Shown here: in pieces, positions 1 through 8,193 of the stretch
Position numbering within the stretch: the stretch's first letter is position 1
Layout of the letters: the number at the start of each line of letters is the position of its first letter
DNA from: Acidobacteriota bacterium
Lineage (GTDB): Bacteria; Actinomycetota; Acidimicrobiia; Acidimicrobiales; RAAP-2
Direction of reading: 5' to 3'
NCBI GenBank assembly: GCA_018971185.1
Contig: JAGXBH010000003.1
Span: 10,815-74,814 of the forward strand
Length of the DNA stretch: 64,000 bases
Position numbers and translations under genes: made by a program
The notes under the pieces: generated by a model
Told to the model about the DNA's origin: nothing
The model's database searches: none
The model's input: the letters and a program-made list of their open reading frames with translations, nothing else

Positions 1-202
1 CCGCGCCGATCATCTGGGCCTGGATCGACATCGGCGACTTGGCGGAGAAGAACGCGGGGTTCGACATCTTCTGCAGACCGGCGTAGGCGAAGGTCGCCCC
101 GAGGAAAAGCCGTAGCGGCAACAGGGCCCACTCGGCCAGGGCCCAACTCCTCGCCGTGAACCCGCCGGCCGATCGAAGCGAGGAGGAGGTCGGAGGGGGC
201 AT
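1..202 (-). CDS. DoxX/TQO DoxD-like membrane protein, 5' part only (runs off window edge)
   Basis: Manually translated from ATG at 202: MPPPTSSSLRSAGGFTARSWALAEWALLPLRLFLGATFAYAGLQKMSNPAFFSAKSPMSIQAQMIGA. The LPLRLFLGxTFxYAGLQK motif is typical of DoxX/DoxD. TAGAAT lies 6 nt upstream. Confidence 0.7.
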   Translation of the reverse strand, partial: MPPPTSSSLRSAGGFTARSWALAEWALLPLRLFLGATFAYAGLQKMSNPAFFSAKSPMSIQAQMIGA

Positions 203-268
203 TCCTGGATTCTAAACTGGGTCTAAATTGTTGCGCGCCATTCGTGGCGCGTCGGTAAGGATGTCCAG

Positions 269-913
269 GTGATCAGCGCCTCCATCATCTCGTTCGTCCT
301 GCACGAACTCCACTCCCTCCCCGGCCTCCTGGTCTACGGCCTCGTCGTCCTTCTGGTGTTCGGCGAGGCCGCCCTCTTCGTGGGATTCGTGCTGCCGGGC
401 GAGACCACCGTCCTCGTCGCCGGAGTCGTGGCGAGCCAGGGCAACATCAACATCGGGGTCCTGTGCATCCTCGTGGTCCTCGCCGCGGTGGTGGGGGACT
501 CGGTGGGCTACGCCGTGGGACACCACTACGGCGACCGTCTCTTGTCGATCCGCATCCTGCAGCGACACCGCGAGGAACTCGACGCCGCGATCGCGGGAAT
601 GCAAAAACGCGGACCGGTCTACGTCTTCCTCGGCCGCTTCACCGCGTTCTTGCGCGCGGTGATGCCCGGACTCGCGGGCGTGAGTCAGATGCACTACCGA
701 CGCTTCCTGGTGGCCAACGCCTTGGGCGGATTGGTCTGGGGGATCGCCTTCAGCCTGTTCGGCTACTTCGGCGGCTCCCAGCTGCCCAAGATCGAGAAGT
801 ACTCCGGGTGGGCCTCGATCGCCCTCGTCGTCGCCCTCGTCATCAGCGTGGTGGGCGTGCACTACCTTCGCCGGGTGGCGCGTCGCCGCCGCCAGGATCC
901 TGCGAAGCGCTAG
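269..913 (+). CDS. DedA/VTT family membrane protein
   Basis: FGEAALFVGFVLPGET, GDSVGY and GRFTAFLR DedA motifs. Confidence 0.9.
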   Translation: MISASIISFVLHELHSLPGLLVYGLVVLLVFGEAALFVGFVLPGETTVLVAGVVASQGNINIGVLCILVVLAAVVGDSVGYAVGHHYGDRLLSIRILQRHREELDAAIAGMQKRGPVYVFLGRFTAFLRAVMPGLAGVSQMHYRRFLVANALGGLVWGIAFSLFGYFGGSQLPKIEKYSGWASIALVVALVISVVGVHYLRRVARRRRQDPAKR

Positions 914-1698
914 TCGCGCAGCAGGGGTGCGGGCACGACCGGACCAGCCAGCACCCACTCGTCCCCACGCCGCGTCACGAGACCACGAGCGCTCGACAGG
1001 GGTCCACTGCCCCGGACCAATGACCTGACGTGCACCTGCGCCGCGCCCACGCCCGTCAAATCCGTCAGCTGGTCCAGAGTCACGTTGACACTGGTGGTGA
1101 AGTCGACGTCGCTCGTCGCCGCGGCGCCGCGGGCGATCCGTTCGAGATTCGCCCCGGCACTCGCTGCGTCCTCTCGCGCCCCGCGGCGCCACGGTGGACC
1201 GGCCTCATCATCGAGGAAGCCGCGCGTCATCCACTCTCGCGCGGCGAAGACACTCCAACTGTCAGCGCTCAGACCGCGGGTGAGCCAGTTCACGTAGTCC
1301 ACGGCCACGGGTTCGACCCACGGCATCAGCCAGGACTCCTGGCCCAGCCACGCGGGCCACGCGGCGTCGATCGCGGCGACGTTGACGAAGAGGCCCCGGC
1401 GTCGGGCGTAGTCGATCACCTCGGCGTAACGCGCCAAGGCGGCGTCGTCACGACGTCCTCGGCGGGGCTCGAGGCGCGCCCACGATACCTCGAGCGAGAC
1501 TCCCGCGAGTCCCACGTCGCTGGCGAGGTCGAGCACGGCCTCGTACTCGCGCCACAGACCCGCGGCCGCTCCGGGTCCGCGACGACGGCCCAGTGCGATC
1601 ACTGGCGAGTAGCAGGTGGCCGGCTGATACCGGTCATCCAGGCCGCCCTCACACGCGTAGGCGCTCAGTGAGACCAAGGTGCGCACGTGATGGGACAC
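910..1698 (-). CDS. Short, degenerate glycoside hydrolase family 1-like protein
   Basis: AYACEGG (cf. AYQIEG), SWARLEP and ALARYAEVID resemble the GH1 N-terminal half. NEP and ENG motifs are absent. Confidence 0.6.
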   Translation of the reverse strand: MSHHVRTLVSLSAYACEGGLDDRYQPATCYSPVIALGRRRGPGAAAGLWREYEAVLDLASDVGLAGVSLEVSWARLEPRRGRRDDAALARYAEVIDYARRRGLFVNVAAIDAAWPAWLGQESWLMPWVEPVAVDYVNWLTRGLSADSWSVFAAREWMTRGFLDDEAGPPWRRGAREDAASAGANLERIARGAAATSDVDFTTSVNVTLDQLTDLTGVGAAQVHVRSLVRGSGPLSSARGLVTRRGDEWVLAGPVVPAPLLRD

Positions 1699-1784
1699 TC
1701 TTCAAGTTTCGCACGCGCCGACGCGTCGGGTAGCGTTTCACATATCCGCCGGACGCCGGCCCGACTCACGGATTCGAGGTACTC

Positions 1785-2549
1785 ATGACCGAAGAGTTAT
1801 TGCGTGAGCGCGAGGGGCACGTTGAGATCCTCACGATCAACCGGCCCGAAGCGCGCAACGCCATCAACCTCGCCACGGCCCAGGCCCTGAGTGCGGCACT
1901 GGACGCGTGTGCGCTCGACGACGACGTCTGGGTCGTGGTCCTCACGGCCTCTGGCGACAAGGCCTTCAGCGCCGGGATGGATCTCAAAGCCTTCGCCCGA
2001 GGCGAGTTCCCTGCCACTGACCAGGGATTCGGTGGGATCACCGAGCGCCACTTCCCCAAGCCCCTCATCTGCGCGGCGAACGGGTCGGCGTTCGCGGGGG
2101 GCTTCGAGATGCTGCTCAGTTGCGACCTCGTGGTGGCCGCTGAGCACGCCGTCTTCGGCATACCCGAGGTGCAGCGCGGACTCATCGCCGGGGCCGGCGG
2201 GCTCGTCCGACTCCCCCGCCGGATCGCGCGCGCGGTGGCCCTGGAAATGGCGTTGACCGGCGAACCCCTGTCGGCGTCTCGAGCGCTCGACGTGGGGCTG
2301 GTCAACCGCGTCGTCGCGCACGAACAGGTGCTCGCCACCGCGATGGAACTCGCCCAACGGATCTGCCAGAACGCCCCCCTGGCGGTGCGGACCTCCAAAC
2401 GCGTCATGCTCGACGCCATGGAACTCGACGAGGTCGGGGCCTGGGAACTCAACAACGAGGCTTTCGCCCAGATCGCCTCGAGCCCGGACGCCCTCGAGGG
2501 GGCGATCGCCTTCGCCGAGAAGCGTCCGCCCCAGTGGCAGGGTAGGTAG
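1785..2549 (+). CDS. Enoyl-CoA hydratase/crotonase family protein
   Basis: NRPEARNA, FSAGMDLK, GGFE, FGIPE motifs. Confidence 0.92.
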   Translation: MTEELLREREGHVEILTINRPEARNAINLATAQALSAALDACALDDDVWVVVLTASGDKAFSAGMDLKAFARGEFPATDQGFGGITERHFPKPLICAANGSAFAGGFEMLLSCDLVVAAEHAVFGIPEVQRGLIAGAGGLVRLPRRIARAVALEMALTGEPLSASRALDVGLVNRVVAHEQVLATAMELAQRICQNAPLAVRTSKRVMLDAMELDEVGAWELNNEAFAQIASSPDALEGAIAFAEKRPPQWQGR

Positions 2550-2551
2550 CC

Positions 2552-2965
2552 ATGATCGCCGCCCTCGCCTCTGGTTCCACCATCGTGCGTCTGAGCCTGC
2601 ACGTGCTCGGCGCGAGCGTGTGGCTCGGGGGTCAGCTCGTGGTGGCCGGTCTGCTCCCGACATTGCGCTCGATGGGTGAGGACGCGCCGCGCAAGGTGGC
2701 CGCCGCCTTCGGTCGCCTGAGTTGGCCCGCCTACTGGCTCTTGGTGATCACGGGCTTCTGGAACTACGCCGCCGTCCACGGCAGCACCCAGTCCACCAGT
2801 TGGAACGTCGTCTTCATGGTGAAGATGCTCTGCGTGGTCGTCGCCGGGGTGGGGGCGCTGGCGCACACGCGCGCTCGGACCCCACAACTGCGCGGCATGT
2901 TCGCCGGGGTGGGGGCGCTCGCCACCATGGCGGCGATGGTCCTGGGCGTCGCGCTCGCGGGCTAG
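2552..2965 (+). CDS. CopD-like 4-TM membrane protein
   Basis: LHVLGASVWLGG motif, four hydrophobic segments. Confidence 0.6.
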   Translation: MIAALASGSTIVRLSLHVLGASVWLGGQLVVAGLLPTLRSMGEDAPRKVAAAFGRLSWPAYWLLVITGFWNYAAVHGSTQSTSWNVVFMVKMLCVVVAGVGALAHTRARTPQLRGMFAGVGALATMAAMVLGVALAG

Positions 2966-3285
2966 TGCCAGCGGTAGACGATCGCTGAGGTGATCGCCGC
3001 CGAGAGCACGACCACGGGGAACGGCGCCTTGGCGAAGAGGGCGGCGAGCGCGGCCGCGACGCCGGCCATGCGGTGGTCGAGGACGACGTGCGTCTTGACT
3101 GCCAGGGCTTGGGCCACCACCAACGCGCTGAGCAGCACCACCGGGATGAGCGAGTTGATGCGCTGGAGCCGTTCGCGCGCGAACCAGCGCGCGGGCACGA
3201 GGTAGCCGACCAGCTTGATCAGGTAACACAACGCGCTCGTGGCGATCATGACCGTCCAGGTCAGGGTGGCGCTCACGGTCGCCAC
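2962..3285 (-). CDS. AzlD-domain branched-chain amino acid exporter small subunit
   Basis: Small hydrophobic protein (KLVGY, PVVLLSAL) directly downstream of AzlC. Confidence 0.8.
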   Translation of the reverse strand: MATVSATLTWTVMIATSALCYLIKLVGYLVPARWFARERLQRINSLIPVVLLSALVVAQALAVKTHVVLDHRMAGVAAALAALFAKAPFPVVVLSAAITSAIVYRWH

Positions 3286-3935
3286 CCCGCCACCACGGCC
3301 ACGAGCACCGTGGCGATGATGGGCGTCCCCGCCGGAAGCAAAGGCGTTGTGACCAGGGAGAAAATGACGGCCACGCCGGCGATGACCCGTACCCGTCGGT
3401 CTCGTAGGCGCGGCCAGAGGAGTCCGAGGAACGCCGCCGGGACCGCAGCGTCCAGGCCCCAGGCCGCCGGGTTCCCTAGGGCCCTCGCCCCCACCGCCCC
3501 GAGGAGCGTGAAGAGGTTCCAGAAGATGAAGACCCCCGAACCGGTGAGCCAGAAACCGTGGCGCACCGCGGAGGGTCCGAGCGAGCTCTGGGCCAGGGCC
3601 ACGTTGGTCGATTCGTCGATCGTCAGGTGTGCGGCGACGAACCGTCGCCAGCCCCGCGTCTCGAGACGTGGCGCCATCTGGAGCGAGTACAAGGCGTTTC
3701 GAACGCTGAGCAGCGAGGCCGCGACCACGGCACTGAGCCCCGCACCGCCGGCGGCCACCACGCCGACGGCGGCGAACTGACTCGCGCCGGTGAAGGCCAG
3801 TAGTGAGAAGAGCGCCGTCTGCACGACGCTGAACCCCGCGGCCACGCCGGCCGCGCCGAAGGCCACCCCGTAGGCGCCCACCGTGAGCGCGACACTGACG
3901 GCGTCGCGCCAGGTCTGGCGCGAGATGGAAAACAT
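3273..3935 (-). CDS. AzlC family branched-chain amino acid exporter
   Basis: YGVAFG, FTGASQF, TIDES, GLDAAVPAAF motifs. Confidence 0.88.
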   Translation of the reverse strand: MFSISRQTWRDAVSVALTVGAYGVAFGAAGVAAGFSVVQTALFSLLAFTGASQFAAVGVVAAGGAGLSAVVAASLLSVRNALYSLQMAPRLETRGWRRFVAAHLTIDESTNVALAQSSLGPSAVRHGFWLTGSGVFIFWNLFTLLGAVGARALGNPAAWGLDAAVPAAFLGLLWPRLRDRRVRVIAGVAVIFSLVTTPLLPAGTPIIATVLVAVVAGWRP

Positions 3936-4027
3936 GGGTGCAATCTACTCAGTCGCGCGTCGAGCCGCCCTCGGGCGTGCCGGCGGTGACGGGACTACTC
4001 TGGGGGTAACGCGACAGAGGAGTCCAC

Positions 4028-4243
4028 GTGGTTCTCGCAGCACTTGACGGAGTTGATGGCGTCATCGTCATCGTCATCCTGGCGGTCCTGATCTTCGGCG
4101 GCTCAGCGATCCCCAAGTTGGCCCGCAACCTCGGATCGGCCAAGAACGAGTTCGAGAAGGGGCTCAAGGCGTCCAAGCCCGCCGATGACGCCGACACCAC
4201 GCCGCCGGCGAACAAGCCCTCCGACACCGACACCCCGAGTTGA
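4028..4243 (+). CDS. tatA: Twin-arginine translocase TatA/TatE subunit
   Basis: TM helix, LIFGG hinge, amphipathic IPKLARNLGSAKNEFEKGL. Confidence 0.88.
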   Translation: MVLAALDGVDGVIVIVILAVLIFGGSAIPKLARNLGSAKNEFEKGLKASKPADDADTTPPANKPSDTDTPS

Positions 4244-4324
4244 GGTCGTCGCGCCACGATTCCTCTCGCCCTCCCGGGCCCAGTTCGATATAAGGAACTC
4301 ACGAAAGTTGGCTAAGGTTTAATC

Positions 4325-5185
4325 GTGCCTACACCCGCCCTGTCCCCTCAGGGTGCACCGGATCGGTCGCGTCGTTGGCGTCGCGTGCGCCGAGCGGCTG
4401 CGCTCCCTGTGGCTGCCCTCGTCCTTTCTGGTTGCACCGTGCCGGGATTCGGCGCCAGCGCCGGCGTCACCGAGAGCTCGAAGTCCGCGTTCCACCTCTG
4501 GCAGGGCTTCTCCATCGGCGCGGTGATCATCGGCGCGCTCGTGGTGGTCCTGATGTTGTGGGCCATCGTTCGTTATCGGCGCAAAGGTGACCGCATCCCC
4601 GAGCAGCACCAGTACCACCTGCCCCTCGAGGTCATCTACACCGTGGTGCCGATCCTCATCGTCTTCGGCCTCTTCGCCGCCACCCTGGTGGTCGAGAACA
4701 AGGCCACCGCCAATCCCAAGACCAACGTCGTCGTCAACGTGAACGCGTTCCAGTGGGGATGGCAGTTCCTCTACCCCGGGACCAATGCCCTGGTGTACGG
4801 CCAGACCACCCAGAGCCCGATCATGGAGATCCCGGTCAACACCAACGTGCACATCAACCTGACGTCGACTGACGTCATCCACGGCTTCTACGTTCGCGCC
4901 TTCAACTTCTCGCGCTACGCGCTACCGGGCGTGGTCAATCAGTTCACGATCCGCGCGCAGAGCACGGGCACGTTCTTCGGCCAGTGCACGCAGCTCTGCG
5001 GCCTCTACCACTCGTTGATGTTCTTCCGCGTGAAGGTCGTCACGCCCACGCAGTACGCCCAGTGGCTCAGCACCTTCAACAACCCCGCCGACATCGCCAA
5101 GGCCGCGGCCGCCCTCGCGACCACGAATGCCGAACTGGCCTCGGGCGTGGCGTCGAAGACCTCATACACGAAGTTCGGGAGATAA
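4325..5185 (+). CDS. ctaC: Cytochrome c oxidase subunit II (lipoprotein)
   Basis: Lipobox LSGC, QWGWQF, DVIHGF and CuA motif CTQLCGLYHSLM. Confidence 0.93.
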   Translation: MPTPALSPQGAPDRSRRWRRVRRAAALPVAALVLSGCTVPGFGASAGVTESSKSAFHLWQGFSIGAVIIGALVVVLMLWAIVRYRRKGDRIPEQHQYHLPLEVIYTVVPILIVFGLFAATLVVENKATANPKTNVVVNVNAFQWGWQFLYPGTNALVYGQTTQSPIMEIPVNTNVHINLTSTDVIHGFYVRAFNFSRYALPGVVNQFTIRAQSTGTFFGQCTQLCGLYHSLMFFRVKVVTPTQYAQWLSTFNNPADIAKAAAALATTNAELASGVASKTSYTKFGR

Positions 5186-5187
5186 CA

Positions 5188-6882
5188 ATGACTGACGTCC
5201 TCGATCCCCCCGTCCACGCCGAGCACCACGGCCACGAGGAGCACCACGGCCCGACGGGGATCCTGAACTGGCTGACCTCGACCGACCACAAGGTGATCGG
5301 CCTCTCCTACACGGTGACCTCGGTCATCATGATGGTGATCGGCGGGCTCTTCGCCGAGATCATCCGTGGCCAGCTCGCCACGCCCAACGGCAACCTGGTG
5401 TCCCTGGCGCAGTACAACGAGCTCTTCACGATGCACGGCTCGGTCATGATCTACCTCTTCGCCGGGCCCTTCGCCTTCGGCGCGCTCGCCAACATCATGG
5501 TCCCGATCCAGATCGGCGCACCCGACATGGCGTTCCCCCGACTGAACGCGCTCTCGTACTGGCTCTACCTCACGGGCTCCATCACCATGCTCTCGGGCTT
5601 CTTCACGGCCGGCGGCGCCGCCAACTTCGGCTGGGTCGGCTACGCGCCCCTGTCCAACAGCCTGAACACGCCCGGCGCCGGCGCGGACCTGTGGATCGGC
5701 GGACTGCTCCTCACGGGGTTCTCGGCCATCTTCACCGGCGTCAACCTGGTGGCGACCATCTTCTACCTGCGCGCGCCGGGTATGACCATGTTCCGCATGC
5801 CCATCTTCACCTGGAACATGTTGGTCACGGCGATCCTGATCCTGCTGGCCTTCCCGGTGCTGACCGCCGGCCTGGTGATGCTCTACGCCGACCGTCACTT
5901 CGGGACGCACATCTTCTCGGTCGCCGGCGGCGGCGTACCCGTCTTGTGGCAGCACATCTTCTGGTTCTGGGGGCACCCCGAGGTCTACATCCTGGCCCTG
6001 CCGTTCTTCGGGATGGTCACCGAGGTCATCGCGGTGTTCTCGCGCAAGCCGGTCTTCGGCTACAAGGGGATGATCTTCGCCACGCTCACCATCGCCGCGC
6101 TGTCGTTGGGCGTCTGGGCGCACCACATGTTCACCACCGGCGTCGTGCTCCTGCCCTTCTTCTCGATCATGAGCCTGCTCATCGCGGTACCGACGGGTAT
6201 CAAGATGTTCAACTGGATCGGCACGATGTGGCGAGGTCAGGTCTGGTTCTCGACGTCGATGTTGATGGCGCTCGGCTTCCTCTTCACGTTCCTCATCGGT
6301 GGCCTGACCGGCATCTACCTCGCGAGCCCCCCACTGGACTTCTTCACCCACGACACCTACTTCGTGGTCGCGCACTTCCACTCCGTGGTGATGGCGTTGG
6401 TGCTGGGCGCGATGGCCGGACTGTACTACTGGGGTCCGAAGATCACCGGCTACCTGCTCAATGAGAGGATCGGTAAGGCCCAGTTCTGGTTCCTCTTCAT
6501 CGGCACGCAGGTCTTCACCTTCCCGCTCTACGTCCTGGGACTCCAGGGCATGCCCCGGCGCATGGCCGTCTACCCGAACGACCCGCAGTGGAAGAACCTC
6601 AACGACATCTCGACCCTCGGTGCCGTCCTCATCGGCGTCTCCACGATCCTCTTCGTGATCAACGTCATCGTGAGTTGGAAGAAGTACCCCGCCGGCGACA
6701 ACCCGTGGGACGCGCAGACCCTCGAGTGGTTCACCACCTCGCCGCCCCCGCACCACAACTTCTACCGACTGCCCCAGATCCGCTCCGAGCGTCCGACCTG
6801 GGACCACAACCACCCGGACTACCGTTCGCTGCACCACGGTGAGCATGAGGGCGTTCACGAGGTGAAGGGTGCCCACGAATGA
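5188..6882 (+). CDS. ctaD: Cytochrome c oxidase subunit I (A1 type)
   Basis: STDHK, TMHG, WFWGHPEVY, WAHH, HDTYFVVAHFH. Start reassigned to ATG 5188 after the ctaC stop. Confidence 0.96.
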   Translation: MTDVLDPPVHAEHHGHEEHHGPTGILNWLTSTDHKVIGLSYTVTSVIMMVIGGLFAEIIRGQLATPNGNLVSLAQYNELFTMHGSVMIYLFAGPFAFGALANIMVPIQIGAPDMAFPRLNALSYWLYLTGSITMLSGFFTAGGAANFGWVGYAPLSNSLNTPGAGADLWIGGLLLTGFSAIFTGVNLVATIFYLRAPGMTMFRMPIFTWNMLVTAILILLAFPVLTAGLVMLYADRHFGTHIFSVAGGGVPVLWQHIFWFWGHPEVYILALPFFGMVTEVIAVFSRKPVFGYKGMIFATLTIAALSLGVWAHHMFTTGVVLLPFFSIMSLLIAVPTGIKMFNWIGTMWRGQVWFSTSMLMALGFLFTFLIGGLTGIYLASPPLDFFTHDTYFVVAHFHSVVMALVLGAMAGLYYWGPKITGYLLNERIGKAQFWFLFIGTQVFTFPLYVLGLQGMPRRMAVYPNDPQWKNLNDISTLGAVLIGVSTILFVINVIVSWKKYPAGDNPWDAQTLEWFTTSPPPHHNFYRLPQIRSERPTWDHNHPDYRSLHHGEHEGVHEVKGAHE

Positions 6883-7271
6883 AGGTTGAAGCGAAGATCC
6901 TGCTGGGCCTCGGTCTGTTCTTCGGGCTCATGTGCGCGGTGTACTGGAACTGGAGCCTCGAGAACGCGGGCGGCGTGATGATGTTCGCGGCCATGTTGTT
7001 GGGCTTCCTGCCCGGCGGTTACTACTGGTGGTGGAGCCGTCGGATGAAGGCGCGCCCCGAGGACAACCCCCAGGCGACGCAGACCCAGGGGGCGGGCGTG
7101 GTCGGCGCCTTCCCGGGTTCGTCCATCTTCCCCTTCGTCATGGGCATGGGCGCGTTCTTCGTGGTGCTGGCGCTGGTCTTCGGCATCTGGCTACTGGTGC
7201 CCGGTCTCGGACTCGTGCTCTGGGCGCTCCTCGGTGGCACCGCCGAGGGTCGCCGCGGCGGCACCCACTAA
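6879..7271 (+). CDS. ctaF: Cytochrome c oxidase subunit IV (actinobacterial)
   Basis: MKVEAK start, RPED...GAFPGSSIFP motif, ATGA overlap with ctaD. Confidence 0.85.
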   Translation: MKVEAKILLGLGLFFGLMCAVYWNWSLENAGGVMMFAAMLLGFLPGGYYWWWSRRMKARPEDNPQATQTQGAGVVGAFPGSSIFPFVMGMGAFFVVLALVFGIWLLVPGLGLVLWALLGGTAEGRRGGTH

Positions 7272-7372
7272 ATCTTTTTTGGCCCTCAGCGGGCCTCGCA
7301 GTACCTATTTAGAATGGGCCAGGTCGTCGTCTCGCGCGCGCGGGACGCCGACGAGCAGAGTTAGGAGACGAC

Positions 7373-8188
7373 GTGTCAACCACCGAAAGTTCCACCAAGG
7401 TAGTACTAGGCGGAACGAGAGGTGGACCAGACGTTTCGACCCTCCGTCAGGACCGCTGGTGGATTCAGCCGGTGGTGACCGTGTCGATCCTGACCGCGTT
7501 CATCATCTACTCCACCTGGGCCGCCTTCCAGAACCGGTACTACTACGTGGGCGCCAACGTCGGACGCGACCTCATCAGTCCGTTCTATTCCCCCTGCATC
7601 GCCAGCGACTGCGTGCCCGGGGCCAAGGCCGGCTTCGCCTTCAACGGTTGGACGCTCTCGCCGGCCCTCCTGATCCTGATCTTCCCCCTCGGCTTTCGCC
7701 TCACCTGCTACTACTACCGGCGTAGCTACTACCGCGCCTTCTGGTGGTCACCGCCGGCGTGCGCCGTCTCCGACGCCCACGGCTCCTACTCGGGCGAGAC
7801 CCGTTTCCCGCTCATCATGCAGAACATGCACCGCTACTTCTTCTACGCGGGCCTGGTCTTCAACGCGCTGCTCACCTACGACGCCGTGCGCGCCTTCCGC
7901 CAGCCCGGACTCGGCTACGGCGTGACGGTCGGCACCGTCGTCCTGGTGGTGAACGCCGTGCTGCTGTGGGCCTACTCGTTGTCGTGCCACGCCTGTCGCC
8001 ACCTGTGCGGCGGTGGGGTCAAGAGCTTCAAGGCGCACCCGATCCGCTACCGCTTCTGGAAGATGCTCACCCCGCTCAACGCGAAGCACATGAACCTGGC
8101 GTGGGCGTCGCTGATCTTCGTCGCCCTCACCGACGTCTACGTACGTCTGGTCGCCTCCGGCGCCCTCACCGACTACAAGCTGTTCTAA
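7373..8188 (+). CDS. Succinate dehydrogenase (Sdh1/type F) membrane anchor, Rv0249c-like
   Basis: TLRQDRWW, SPFYSPC, FRLTCYYYR, QNMHRYF, SCHACRH; precedes flavoprotein. Confidence 0.88.
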   Translation: MSTTESSTKVVLGGTRGGPDVSTLRQDRWWIQPVVTVSILTAFIIYSTWAAFQNRYYYVGANVGRDLISPFYSPCIASDCVPGAKAGFAFNGWTLSPALLILIFPLGFRLTCYYYRRSYYRAFWWSPPACAVSDAHGSYSGETRFPLIMQNMHRYFFYAGLVFNALLTYDAVRAFRQPGLGYGVTVGTVVLVVNAVLLWAYSLSCHACRHLCGGGVKSFKAHPIRYRFWKMLTPLNAKHMNLAWASLIFVALTDVYVRLVASGALTDYKLF

Positions 8189-8193
8189 GAAGG

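Noticed and set aside
2841-2919. 19-bp direct repeat TCGCCGGGGTGGGGGCGCT
   Set aside because: In-frame coding repeat (AGVGAL) in two TM helices; only two copies.
7744-8193. Apparent N-terminal extension of SdhA (likewise for CtaD, DprE1, DprE2, Adk, TsaB, RimI, RpsD and the kinase)
   Set aside because: ORF-caller run-ons into the upstream gene's alternative frame. True starts lie at stop/start overlaps, so these are not fusions.
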